Origin: Patescibacteria group bacterium
Lineage (GTDB): Bacteria; Patescibacteriota; Patescibacteriia; UBA10025; JAHIVO01
Assembly (NCBI GenBank): GCA_041650915.1
Contig: JBAZKE010000001.1
Coordinates: 187,284 to 251,283 of the forward strand
DNA: 64,000 nt
Direction: 5' to 3'
Made by a program: the position numbers and the translations under genes. Shown piece by piece: positions 1 through 8,358 of the stretch (its first letter is position 1; every line of letters starts with the position of its first letter). The notes under the pieces are model-generated. The model was not told the DNA's origin. It did not search any database and saw only the letters and a program-made list of their open reading frames with translations.

Positions 1-42
1 AGCGCACTCGTTGAGTAGGCATATCTTCGGCCTGGCACTGGT

Positions 43-867
43 ATGAATTTTTTTCAGGAAACCGTGCCTACCGACATCGCGCTGACCCTCGGCAGTATGG
101 CTGTACACTGGTACGGCGTGATACTGGCTGCCGCGGTACTCGTAGGATTTATTATTGCATTATACGCCGCAAAGAAAAAGCAGGTACGTGCGGACCATCT
201 GTACAACCTGTTTTTTCTTTTAACTTTTTTTTGCATTGTGGGAGGGCGGATCGGCCACGTGATTGGGGATGTTGGATACTACCTGGATCATCCCGGTAAG
301 GTAATTGCTTTTTGGCAGGGTGGCCTCGCATTCCACGGAGTAGTCCTCGCCGGACTCCTGACCGCCATCGTATATGCGAGGGTCAAACGGATTCGGTTTT
401 GGGTAATTACGGACTGCATCGTGCTCGGTCTCCCACTTATGCAGGCAATCGGTCGGTGGGGAAACTACTTTAACCAAGAGCTGTACGGGCCTCCGACCAA
501 CCTTCCGTGGGCGATCATGATTGATAGCGCTCACCGCGTGCCGGGTTACGGGACGAGTACGCTTTTTCATCCGTTGTTCCTGTATGAGTCGCTTCTTATG
601 CTCATTATTTTTGGGATTCTTTTTTCCGTTTTCCGATCGCAGCGCCTCACAGCTGGCCGCCTGACGCTGCTCTACTTTATTCTATGGGCTGCTGTGCGTT
701 TCATGCTGGATTTCTTGAGGATCGGGATGCTTGAAATCGGCCCGCTGTTGCTGACACAGTGGATTAGTATGGCGCTGCTCATTGGAGCCGCGGGGCTCTG
801 GCTGCGATTCCGTACGGCGGCGCTACCAGACGTATACCGCGAGCACGGTAAAGATCCCGAAGAATAA
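43..867 (+). CDS. lgt: Prolipoprotein diacylglyceryl transferase
   Basis: Multi-TM protein with Lgt motifs HWYG, GGR, WQGGLAFHG, GRWGNYFNQELYG, HPLFLYES, RFMLDFLR. Confidence 0.95.
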   Translation: MNFFQETVPTDIALTLGSMAVHWYGVILAAAVLVGFIIALYAAKKKQVRADHLYNLFFLLTFFCIVGGRIGHVIGDVGYYLDHPGKVIAFWQGGLAFHGVVLAGLLTAIVYARVKRIRFWVITDCIVLGLPLMQAIGRWGNYFNQELYGPPTNLPWAIMIDSAHRVPGYGTSTLFHPLFLYESLLMLIIFGILFSVFRSQRLTAGRLTLLYFILWAAVRFMLDFLRIGMLEIGPLLLTQWISMALLIGAAGLWLRFRTAALPDVYREHGKDPEE

Positions 868-1365
868 AAGCTGGAAGAGCGCACCGATGAGCGCAGGAAA
901 ACGGTGCGTGTTGATGACATGATCAACGTAGTGGTGGATTTTTGTGTGGTGGTCGAGGAAAAAGCCAATTTTTTTAAAGAAGGCCCCGAGAATGCCCGCG
1001 CCAGCCAGTGCACGCGCGAATGCCCTCTTTTTTATGTAGCGGCAGTAGAGATCATACGTGATCCACAGTATATCGGGCAGCATCCCGCCGATAATCGCCG
1101 CCATGAGGATCGGCGCGGGCGGCAGCCCTATTTGCCGGTCCAGTGACAGTATCATAAAGGAGAGCAGCGCGCCGTCTATGCCGACGACTACCAGCGAGCG
1201 TTTCAGGTGTGAACCCCGCTTAATCCAGCGTTCAACCGGCCGGTCGCCGTGCGGGATAAAATCGAGCACGTAGTGTGAGAGCAGCGCAATGCTAAAAGCC
1301 CACCATGCATTCGGGGTGTGTTGGCTGATTACGATGCTCGCTAAGACGTGCGTCGTTACGTACAT
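823..1365 (-). CDS. Hypothetical membrane protein, possible metal-binding hydrolase (YdjM-like motif pattern)
   Basis: 180 aa, hydrophobic; N-terminal TTH, SHYVLDFIPHGD, GGMLPD and His-rich C-terminus; 3' end overlaps lgt convergently by 45 nt. Confidence 0.65.
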   Translation of the reverse strand: MYVTTHVLASIVISQHTPNAWWAFSIALLSHYVLDFIPHGDRPVERWIKRGSHLKRSLVVVGIDGALLSFMILSLDRQIGLPPAPILMAAIIGGMLPDILWITYDLYCRYIKKRAFARALAGAGILGAFFKKIGFFLDHHTKIHHYVDHVINTHRFPALIGALFQLLFFGIFTVLAVYVW

Positions 1366-1381
1366 GTCGTGTAGTGTGGTC

Positions 1382-1458
1382 TGGTACCAGGGGTGGGATT
1401 CGAACCCACGACCTCGGGCTTATGAGTCCCACGCTCTAACCAACTGAGCTACCCTGGC
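1382..1458 (-). tRNA. tRNA with CAT anticodon (elongator Met or Ile2)
   Basis: Reverse complement GCCAGGGTAGCTCAGTTGGTTAGAGCG-TGGGA-CTCATAA-GCCCG...GGTTCGAATCCCACCCCTGGTACCA; CCA encoded; G1 paired, so not an initiator. Confidence 0.92.
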
Positions 1459-1605
1459 TCGTCGCAATGGTAATGCAAATTACGTTTCCGATAACATCGA
1501 AAATTCCACTCTGCGCGCATTACTCCTTTCCTTGCCCCGCTAGTGGGCGGTGCGCGGTAGAATTTTATTGGTTTCGCCGTTGTCTGCTTTAGGCAAACGT
1601 CGGCT

Positions 1606-1680
1606 TGGTTGCCGGGGGGGGATTCGAACCCCCGACCTCGGGATTATGAGCCCCGCGAGCTGCCACTGCTCTACCCGGCG
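1606..1680 (-). tRNA. Initiator tRNA-fMet (CAT)
   Basis: Reverse complement CGCCGGGTAGAGCAGTGGCAGCTCG-CGGGG-CTCATAA-TCCCG...CCCGGCAACCA; C1:A72 mismatch and GAGC D-stem typical of initiators. Confidence 0.92.
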
Positions 1681-1837
1681 TCGTTCAAATGGCACTCCAG
1701 ATTCCGTTTTCAGTGTCTATTGAAAACTTCACCCTCCGTGCCGTTTTTCCTTTTCCATACAAATGCCCAGAGCATTTGTATGGATGTTAAAGAGTCTATG
1801 CTATTATAAACGATTCTGGTGTTCTGCGCAAGTGCGT

Positions 1838-1924
1838 TGGTGCCGGAGGTGGGAGTTGAACCCACAAGAGGTTTCCCTCATGCGATTTTGAGTCGCACGC
1901 GTATGCCAGTTCCGCCACTCCGGC
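1838..1924 (-). tRNA. tRNA-Leu(CAA)
   Basis: Reverse complement GCCGGAGTGGCGGAACTGGCATACGCG-TGCGA-CTCAAAA-TCGCA, long variable arm, ends CTCCGGCACCA. Confidence 0.95.
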
Positions 1925-2064
1925 CGATGGGTACGTTGCGTCTGCCTGTGAAATTTATCCCGTCGCAGGGTGGGGTAACCCGGCGCGTATGGCACGATTG
2001 TAGGTAAAAATGCTGTTTTTGTCAATCAATATTTGCTATACTATAGGCACTATCGCACCGCATT

Positions 2065-2844
2065 ATGCCGCGAGTAATCTCTATCGTTAACCAAAAAGGG
2101 GGCGTCGGAAAGACAACGACAGCCATCAACCTTGCGTCGTACCTGGCCCACCACGGTAAGTTTGTCCTGCTGGTTGATCTCGATCCGCAGGGCAACGCAT
2201 CGTCGGGGATTGGAATCGACCGCCGGATGGTAAACGGCGGCGTGTATGAGTCCCTCATTTCCGGTACGTCGATCCACGAAGTCACGGTTCCGACTGACGT
2301 TGACGGGCTCAAGGCGGTTCCGTCATCGGCTGATCTCGCCGGTGCCCGGGTCGAGCTTGTCGGCGTTGAGCGCCGCGAGTACCGGCTGCACGACGCCATC
2401 CTTGAGGTGCGGAATGATTACGATTACATCATCATCGACAATCCGCCATCGCTGTGCCTTCTCACCATCAACGGGCTCGTTGCGGCAGATGAGGTGCTCG
2501 TTCCCGTGCAGACCGAGTATTACGCTCTCGAAGGCCTCGGGCAGCTGCTGAACACCATCAATCTCGTGCGGGAGAATTTGAAGCCGAATATCCGCATCGC
2601 TGGGGCAGTCATGACTATGTATGATGACCGCACGAAGCTGTCGCGCGATATTTTCGAAGAGCTATACCGGTATTTTCCCGATAATATTTACCGTACGGTC
2701 ATTCCGCGCAACATCAAGCTCGCTGAGGCGCCGAGCTTTGGCAAGAGCATCCTGCACTACGACCGGCGGTCGCCGGGCGGCAAGGCGTATAAGCGCCTCG
2801 CGCGTGAGATGATTGACCAAGAGAGTACGGTCAGGCCTGTTTAG
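2065..2844 (+). CDS. parA: Chromosome partitioning ATPase ParA/Soj
   Basis: NQKGGVGKTTT deviant Walker A, DLDPQGNAS, IIDNPPSL, IPRNIKLAEAPSFG. Confidence 0.96.
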   Translation: MPRVISIVNQKGGVGKTTTAINLASYLAHHGKFVLLVDLDPQGNASSGIGIDRRMVNGGVYESLISGTSIHEVTVPTDVDGLKAVPSSADLAGARVELVGVERREYRLHDAILEVRNDYDYIIIDNPPSLCLLTINGLVAADEVLVPVQTEYYALEGLGQLLNTINLVRENLKPNIRIAGAVMTMYDDRTKLSRDIFEELYRYFPDNIYRTVIPRNIKLAEAPSFGKSILHYDRRSPGGKAYKRLAREMIDQESTVRPV

Positions 2845-2872
2845 TTTTTTATTCGATGAGCTATCGAGAGGA

Positions 2873-3739
2873 ATGAGTATGAATGCAGAAAAGAGAACGC
2901 TGGGAAGAGGCCTAAGCTCTCTTATACCGGCGGCGGGAAGAACGGATATCGGAACTGCCGGCATTACGCACGATACAGTCAGTGAGGTTCCGGTCGACCA
3001 GATTAAACCGAATCCGCACCAGCCCCGCCAGCAGTTCGACAGCGCTTCGCTCGAAGACCTAATCAACTCAATAAAGGTGCACGGCATTCTCCAGCCGCTC
3101 ATCGTCCTTCCGGTCAGGGGCGGGTATGAGCTCATTGCAGGCGAACGCCGGTTACGGGCGGCAAAAGTTCTCGGCCTGAAGCGGGTACCGGTTGTCGTCA
3201 GGAGCGCAACTGACCAGCAGAAGCTCGAGTTTGCAATCGTCGAGAACGTTCAGCGCCAGAATTTGACCCCTATAGAACGTGCATACAGCTATCGGAGCCT
3301 GGTCGATGAATTCAATATGACGCAGGAGCAGGTTGCGAAAAAGGTCAGCCAGAGCCGGGCAGCGGTTGCGAATACGCTGCGGCTGCTCGCGCTGCCTGCG
3401 CACATGCAGCAATCGTTGCTCAATGGCCGCATTACGGAAGGGCACGCCAAAGCCCTCTTGAGCGTACCTGACGAGCAGAAGCGGGAGCGGCTCTTCAGGG
3501 AGATTACCCGTGAGCAGCTCACGGTGCGCGGTACCGAGAGCCGCGCACAGAGCGTTTCGGTCAGGCAGCACCGGAGGCAGGTGAAGGGCGATCCGAATTT
3601 AAAATCAAAAGAGGATCTCCTCCAGGAATCGCTCGGGACCAAGGTTGCCGTGCGGCGGTCTGGGAGAGGAGGCACGATTACCGTGTACTACTATTCCGAT
3701 GAAGAGCTTACCGGGATTATGAAGAAAATAATTGGGTAG
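2873..3739 (+). CDS. parB: Chromosome partitioning protein ParB/Spo0J
   Basis: LGRGLSSLI, PNPHQPR, IAGERRLRAA, ENVQRQNL and HTH; start moved to ATG 2873 (or 2879). Confidence 0.95.
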   Translation: MSMNAEKRTLGRGLSSLIPAAGRTDIGTAGITHDTVSEVPVDQIKPNPHQPRQQFDSASLEDLINSIKVHGILQPLIVLPVRGGYELIAGERRLRAAKVLGLKRVPVVVRSATDQQKLEFAIVENVQRQNLTPIERAYSYRSLVDEFNMTQEQVAKKVSQSRAAVANTLRLLALPAHMQQSLLNGRITEGHAKALLSVPDEQKRERLFREITREQLTVRGTESRAQSVSVRQHRRQVKGDPNLKSKEDLLQESLGTKVAVRRSGRGGTITVYYYSDEELTGIMKKIIG

Positions 3740-3745
3740 CCGCAT

Positions 3746-5983
3746 ATGACGTTTTTCAATTTTTTTAAGGACGGGCCGGCTGCAGTGCAGAGCAAATCAG
3801 CGGCTGTGCTGCACTCTATTGAGTACTGGCTCTTGCTCGCAGCTGTTTTTATCCTGCCACTTTTTTTTATACCGGTCAGCAGCAATCCGCTCGAGCTCAA
3901 TAAGCTCTTTTTCTTTTACTTGGTCGTTTTTTTAGCTGCTACACTGCATATTGCGCGAGGCATGCTCTCACGTTCAGTCACGTTTTCCCGGACATTCCTT
4001 GACTGGTTTATCTGCGCATTCCTCCTGTTCAATCTGGTATCTTTTTTTATATCGCGCCACTGGTATGTCGGAGCCGTCGGGATCAGCGGATACTACAGCA
4101 GCAGCATTATTGCAGTCGTGAGCTTCATTGTGTTTTTTTACCTGATCGTGAGCATCGTCCGGTATGAACGGGATACGGTTCGGTTTCTCACCGCTCTGCT
4201 CGGTTCTGCTGCGCTCATCATTGTGTATAACTGCTTTCAGGTATACGGCATCCATCTCTTGCCCTGGGACGTGGCGGAGAACAGCGGCTTTAACCTCCTT
4301 GCGGGTTCATCGACGACGCTCGCACTCTACATCGTCTGCTGCCTCATGCTCGGCCTCGGGCTGTTGTTTTACGTCACCCAAACGTGGAAGCGGGTGCTGA
4401 TCGGGGCGGGTATCGCGCTCGGAGCATTCTTGCTGCTCCTGCTCGACAAGCGCTACGCGCTTTACGTGATCGTCATCTGTTCGTTTATCTATTTGCTGTT
4501 GCTCGCGTTCAGGTCCCGTTCGCTTCCCATATGGTGGCCGCTCGTACCGACGGTTCTGCTCCTTGTCGCCGTTGCGTCCGTATACATCGATGCGCATGAC
4601 TTTACATCGTTCACCGTGAGTGAAAGCATCCAGCTCGATGCGGCGACGTCAGCGTCGGTTGCATGGAGGAGCGTCCAGGATGCCCCCTTCTGGGGTTCCG
4701 GCCCACAGACGTTCGCGTATTCATTTTCTGAGTACCGCCCGGTTTCCTTCAATGATACGGTGCTGTGGAATGTGCGTTTCATTAAGCCATCAAATGAATG
4801 GTTCGGGCTCGCAGCGACCGTCGGAATCGGTGCGGTGCTAGCGCTGCTCGCCCTCGCTGCGGCATTCCTGGTGAAGTGCGCGCGAGTGATCTTGGCAGCC
4901 CTCGATGCCCGCCGCAGCTGGGTGCTCGTTGTCAGCATGACGCTCGGCTGGGTCTCACTTTTCATTGCAAGCTTTTTCACATCCTTCAATTTTTCTCTCC
5001 ACTTTGCGTGGTGGTTCTTGCTCGCACTCAGTTTGCGCTCGGTGATGCCGAGGAAAGTTATCGACGAGCAATATGCCTTCCGCTGGTCTCGCAAGAAATC
5101 AACGGCCGCCGCTGCCGCGCTCACCCTTGTCGCTTCTGCAACCGTCCTCATTGCCTTTTTTGGATTGAGGGTGTGGCTTGCAGATTTTCACTACCAGCGT
5201 GCTGAAGACCGGATCTCTGCTCTGAATGATATCGATGACATACAATTCGATCTCGAACGCGCCATTGACCTCAATCCTAATGAGGTGGGGTACTATCTGA
5301 CGCTCGCGCAGGGTTACGCGACCGAAGTGCAGCTAGAAGCCAGCAAAGAATCCCCCGATGCTATTAGGCTCCAGGAGCTCACGCAACTCGTCATTGATAC
5401 GCTCAGGCGGGCGGAGGAAGTTGATCCGACCAACGTCGTTCTGTACGAGCAGGAAGCCCAGCTTTACGATGGGCTCAGGAATATCATCGGAAATGCAGAT
5501 GAGGTCGCCGTTAAATCATACGCTGAGGTCATACGGTTCGAGCCGACGAACCCCCTCGCGCATCTCAACCTCGGCAGGGCGCGGCTGCTCTGGGCACTGT
5601 CGGTGCAGACGACGGCAGCCGATGACGCAGCACGGCAGCAGGCGACTGAGCTGCTCAACAGTGCCATCGTCGATTTTCGGCACGCGCGTGAGCTAAAGCA
5701 GGATTTCATAACGGCGGATTTTAATGAGGGTCTCGCGCACCAGGCGCTCGGCAACCTCGAACAAGCCCTGAGCTCGTACCAGCGGGTGCTCACGAGCTCC
5801 CCCTACTCAGCGGAAGCGTACTGGCAAATCGCGCTCGTATACGAGCAGCAGGGGAACCTTGCTGCTGCCATTAAGGAGCTCGAAACATACCTCAACCTTG
5901 ATCCTGAAAATGAGCAGGTGCTCGTCAAGCTCGATCAGCTTCGAGCTAAGGCAGCTGCTGATTCAGAAGGAGCTCAAGAGTAG
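3746..5983 (+). CDS. Polytopic membrane protein, O-antigen ligase/Wzy_C-like, with C-terminal TPR repeats
   Basis: Many TM segments; PFWGSGPQTF loop and NEWFGLAATVGIG (Wzy_C-like); TPR-type helices such as AHLNLG and AYWQIALVYEQQG. Confidence 0.75.
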   Translation: MTFFNFFKDGPAAVQSKSAAVLHSIEYWLLLAAVFILPLFFIPVSSNPLELNKLFFFYLVVFLAATLHIARGMLSRSVTFSRTFLDWFICAFLLFNLVSFFISRHWYVGAVGISGYYSSSIIAVVSFIVFFYLIVSIVRYERDTVRFLTALLGSAALIIVYNCFQVYGIHLLPWDVAENSGFNLLAGSSTTLALYIVCCLMLGLGLLFYVTQTWKRVLIGAGIALGAFLLLLLDKRYALYVIVICSFIYLLLLAFRSRSLPIWWPLVPTVLLLVAVASVYIDAHDFTSFTVSESIQLDAATSASVAWRSVQDAPFWGSGPQTFAYSFSEYRPVSFNDTVLWNVRFIKPSNEWFGLAATVGIGAVLALLALAAAFLVKCARVILAALDARRSWVLVVSMTLGWVSLFIASFFTSFNFSLHFAWWFLLALSLRSVMPRKVIDEQYAFRWSRKKSTAAAAALTLVASATVLIAFFGLRVWLADFHYQRAEDRISALNDIDDIQFDLERAIDLNPNEVGYYLTLAQGYATEVQLEASKESPDAIRLQELTQLVIDTLRRAEEVDPTNVVLYEQEAQLYDGLRNIIGNADEVAVKSYAEVIRFEPTNPLAHLNLGRARLLWALSVQTTAADDAARQQATELLNSAIVDFRHARELKQDFITADFNEGLAHQALGNLEQALSSYQRVLTSSPYSAEAYWQIALVYEQQGNLAAAIKELETYLNLDPENEQVLVKLDQLRAKAAADSEGAQE

Positions 5984-6225
5984 CACGGAGGGCTTTTGTA
6001 ATGAGCTTAAGGCTGATTGAGGTATGCACACCAGGTGGCGTTGCTCTCATCGAGTGTCAAGCTCCCGTTTAAAAACGGGAGGTTTATGCTCGGCCAGTGG
6101 CAGCGTGTCATTATTAGCGACTGTGATTTCCATCCTGAGTGTCCACGTATGCGAGAGGCACATATTCTCATTGTCGAAGAGTTCCGGTCATGAGTGGACA
6201 GCGTACCGTGGTAATTGTTTCTAAC

Positions 6226-6262
6226 AAAAAACGCCCCGGCTTGGTGCAAGGGGCGTTTTTTT
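6226..6262. terminator. Bidirectional intrinsic terminator
   Basis: AAAAAACGCCCC-loop-GGGGCGTTTTTTT between convergent genes. Confidence 0.8.
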
Positions 6263-6270
6263 ACGTGTGT

Positions 6271-7260
6271 CTATTTTTTCGGCATCAATTTTTTCGTCAG
6301 GTGTATGAGCATATCTTCCGTCATTTTCGCGAGATCGTACCGCGGCTCCCAGTCCCAATCGCGCTGCGCAACGGTATCATCGATTGATCGCGGCCAGGTA
6401 TCGGCGATTGCTTGCCGCCGGTCGGGAGCAAAGGTACACGTGAAATCGGGGATGTGCTTTTTGATTTCGTCCGCGATCTGCTTTGGCGAAAAGCTCATTG
6501 CGGTAAAGTTGTACGAGAACCGCACTTTAATCCGCGGTGCGGGAGATTCCATGAGCTTGATCGTTCCCTCGATCGCATCAGGCATATACATCATCGGGAG
6601 CACCGTATCTTCCCTCAGGAATGAGGTGTACTTTTTATTCTGGATGGCTTCGTAGAAGATTTCAATTGCGTAATCGGTTGTCCCGCCTCCCGGGGGGGTC
6701 AGGTAGCTGAGCAAGCCCGGGTAGCGCAGGCTCCGGACGTCGACGCGGTATTTGTTGTAGTAGTAGTTGCAAAGCAGCTCGCCGGTATACTTCGTGATGC
6801 CGTAGACGGTATTGGGGTCCATGACCGTTACCTGCGGCGTATTTTCACGCGGCGATCCTGGCCCGAATGCCGCGATAGAGCTCGGCCAGAACACTTTTTC
6901 CATACGGTACTCTTTGGCAATGTCGAGCACGTTCTTCAGGCTGTTGATGTTGACCATCCAGGCGCTATCCGGATTTTTTTCACCCGCCGCCGAGAGTATG
7001 CCGACGAGGTGGTAGATAGTGTCAATCTTGTGCTTCTCGACGAGCGAGATGAGCACCTCCTTGTCGGTTGCGTCCCCCTGCTCGTACGGGCCCGAATCCT
7101 TTAGCTCGCCGTGCGGAGGGCGGTGGTGGCCCAGTGCCACGACATTTTCCGGACCGTACTTTTTTCTGAGCGCTAGCGTGAGCTCTGATCCGATTTGGCC
7201 GGTGGCGCCGGTAATGAGTATCTTGGGCATTGATTGAAATTTAGTGCTTAGATTTGCCAT
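6271..7260 (-). CDS. SDR-family L-threonine 3-dehydrogenase (NAD-dependent epimerase/dehydratase fold)
   Basis: TGATGQIG, PSSIAAFG, YGITK, GGGTTDYA and RQAIADTWP, characteristic of SDR-type TDH; start may be 7230. Confidence 0.85.
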   Translation of the reverse strand: MANLSTKFQSMPKILITGATGQIGSELTLALRKKYGPENVVALGHHRPPHGELKDSGPYEQGDATDKEVLISLVEKHKIDTIYHLVGILSAAGEKNPDSAWMVNINSLKNVLDIAKEYRMEKVFWPSSIAAFGPGSPRENTPQVTVMDPNTVYGITKYTGELLCNYYYNKYRVDVRSLRYPGLLSYLTPPGGGTTDYAIEIFYEAIQNKKYTSFLREDTVLPMMYMPDAIEGTIKLMESPAPRIKVRFSYNFTAMSFSPKQIADEIKKHIPDFTCTFAPDRRQAIADTWPRSIDDTVAQRDWDWEPRYDLAKMTEDMLIHLTKKLMPKK

Positions 7261-7340
7261 CCAATTATATCCACAACGCGCATAAAATGCAAACGAAGTG
7301 AGCGGCTCACGACGCTACTGTTTAGCGCTTGTTCAAGCGA

Positions 7341-7433
7341 TTGACCTTTGGATATTTATTTGTTACAGTGAGGGCAACGTACTCATGAGTTGATCGTGTC
7401 GTACGTTGCAGAAAACAGAACGCTGTTTGACAA
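7341..7433 (+). promoter_or_regulatory. Sigma70 promoter followed by a hairpin and a boxA-like element
   Basis: TTGACC-N17-TACAGT with extended TG; hairpin GCAACGTAC/GTACGTTGC 7374-7409; GCTGTTTGACAA 7422-7433. Confidence 0.5.
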
Positions 7434-7687
7434 AGACAAAAAAAGACAGAAAAATCAACAAGCCGAGCGGGCTACCTCACCAAGCCATGGCCACATTGGA
7501 ACTTTGAAACCTGCTTTAGGTTTCGCGGGCTTTTTACTCATGAAAGGAGGCATGATTAATTGGAAACAGTTGAAGGGGGACTGTTACTAAAAACCCCCGC
7601 ATTGAGTGGTGTGGCTTGTAGCAGGCAGAGCAAGGATGTTGATGTAACAGCAAGACAACCTTTAAACGAAGAAAGTGGGGTTTCATT

Positions 7688-8197
7688 ATGAAACGCACAA
7701 TCTTGACGTTGCTGATGATGATGGTTGCGACGCTGTTTATAGTATCGGTTTCGTGCGCGAAGACCGAAGTGGTCACTACGGACTCGACGTGGGCAAGCAG
7801 TCCACCGACGTTCGCCAGCACTTTCGATACTATGACGGCAGTGTACAACAAGACGGCCGACGCACATGCGGTCGCGATGACGTATCAGGTTTCGACGGCT
7901 CCGATGTCCAAGCTGGACTATGGGCAGTATGCAGTCAATTCGCAGAAGGCAAATGAGATGACCCGGCCGGCAAATACCCGAGCGCCGGCAGCGATGCAGA
8001 ACTGCATGTTTTCGATCGACCAGATTACCTGTGGCCTGGATGAAAGCCGCGGCTCACCCAACTACACCGAGCTAGGGAACCGTGACGAATTCGCCGATCT
8101 GACTGGGATGACGATGAACAAAGCGCCAATTTCGACGGTGCTGAGTTTGATGACCGACGACCAGGGCCAAGCGATGTACCCGAACCCCTTTGCCTAA
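7688..8197 (+). CDS. Hypothetical exported protein
   Basis: 169 aa; signal peptide MKRTILTLLMMMVATLFIVSVSCA; Thr/Met-rich; followed by a terminator. Confidence 0.7.
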   Translation: MKRTILTLLMMMVATLFIVSVSCAKTEVVTTDSTWASSPPTFASTFDTMTAVYNKTADAHAVAMTYQVSTAPMSKLDYGQYAVNSQKANEMTRPANTRAPAAMQNCMFSIDQITCGLDESRGSPNYTELGNRDEFADLTGMTMNKAPISTVLSLMTDDQGQAMYPNPFA

Positions 8198-8235
8198 ATC
8201 AAGCGGCGATAAGGTTCGAGTGAGTTGACATTCAA

Positions 8236-8267
8236 GGGGATCCCCGAACAGGGATCCCCATTTTTTT
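8236..8267 (+). terminator. Intrinsic terminator
   Basis: GGGGATCCC-loop-GGGATCCCC followed by ATTTTTTT. Confidence 0.85.
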
Positions 8268-8358
8268 ATTACTAAAAACTACAAACGCAGGGATCGCGGC
8301 GGCTGTGTTGTTTTGGCAACGGATCAGCGCACCCGCGGAGAGGCGCGCTGAATTTTAT

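Noticed and set aside
1382-1924. tRNA cluster as an integration site, and track ORFs overlapping the tRNAs
   Set aside because: No integrase or duplicated tRNA 3' end noticed in the window; the small ORFs are shadows of tRNA genes
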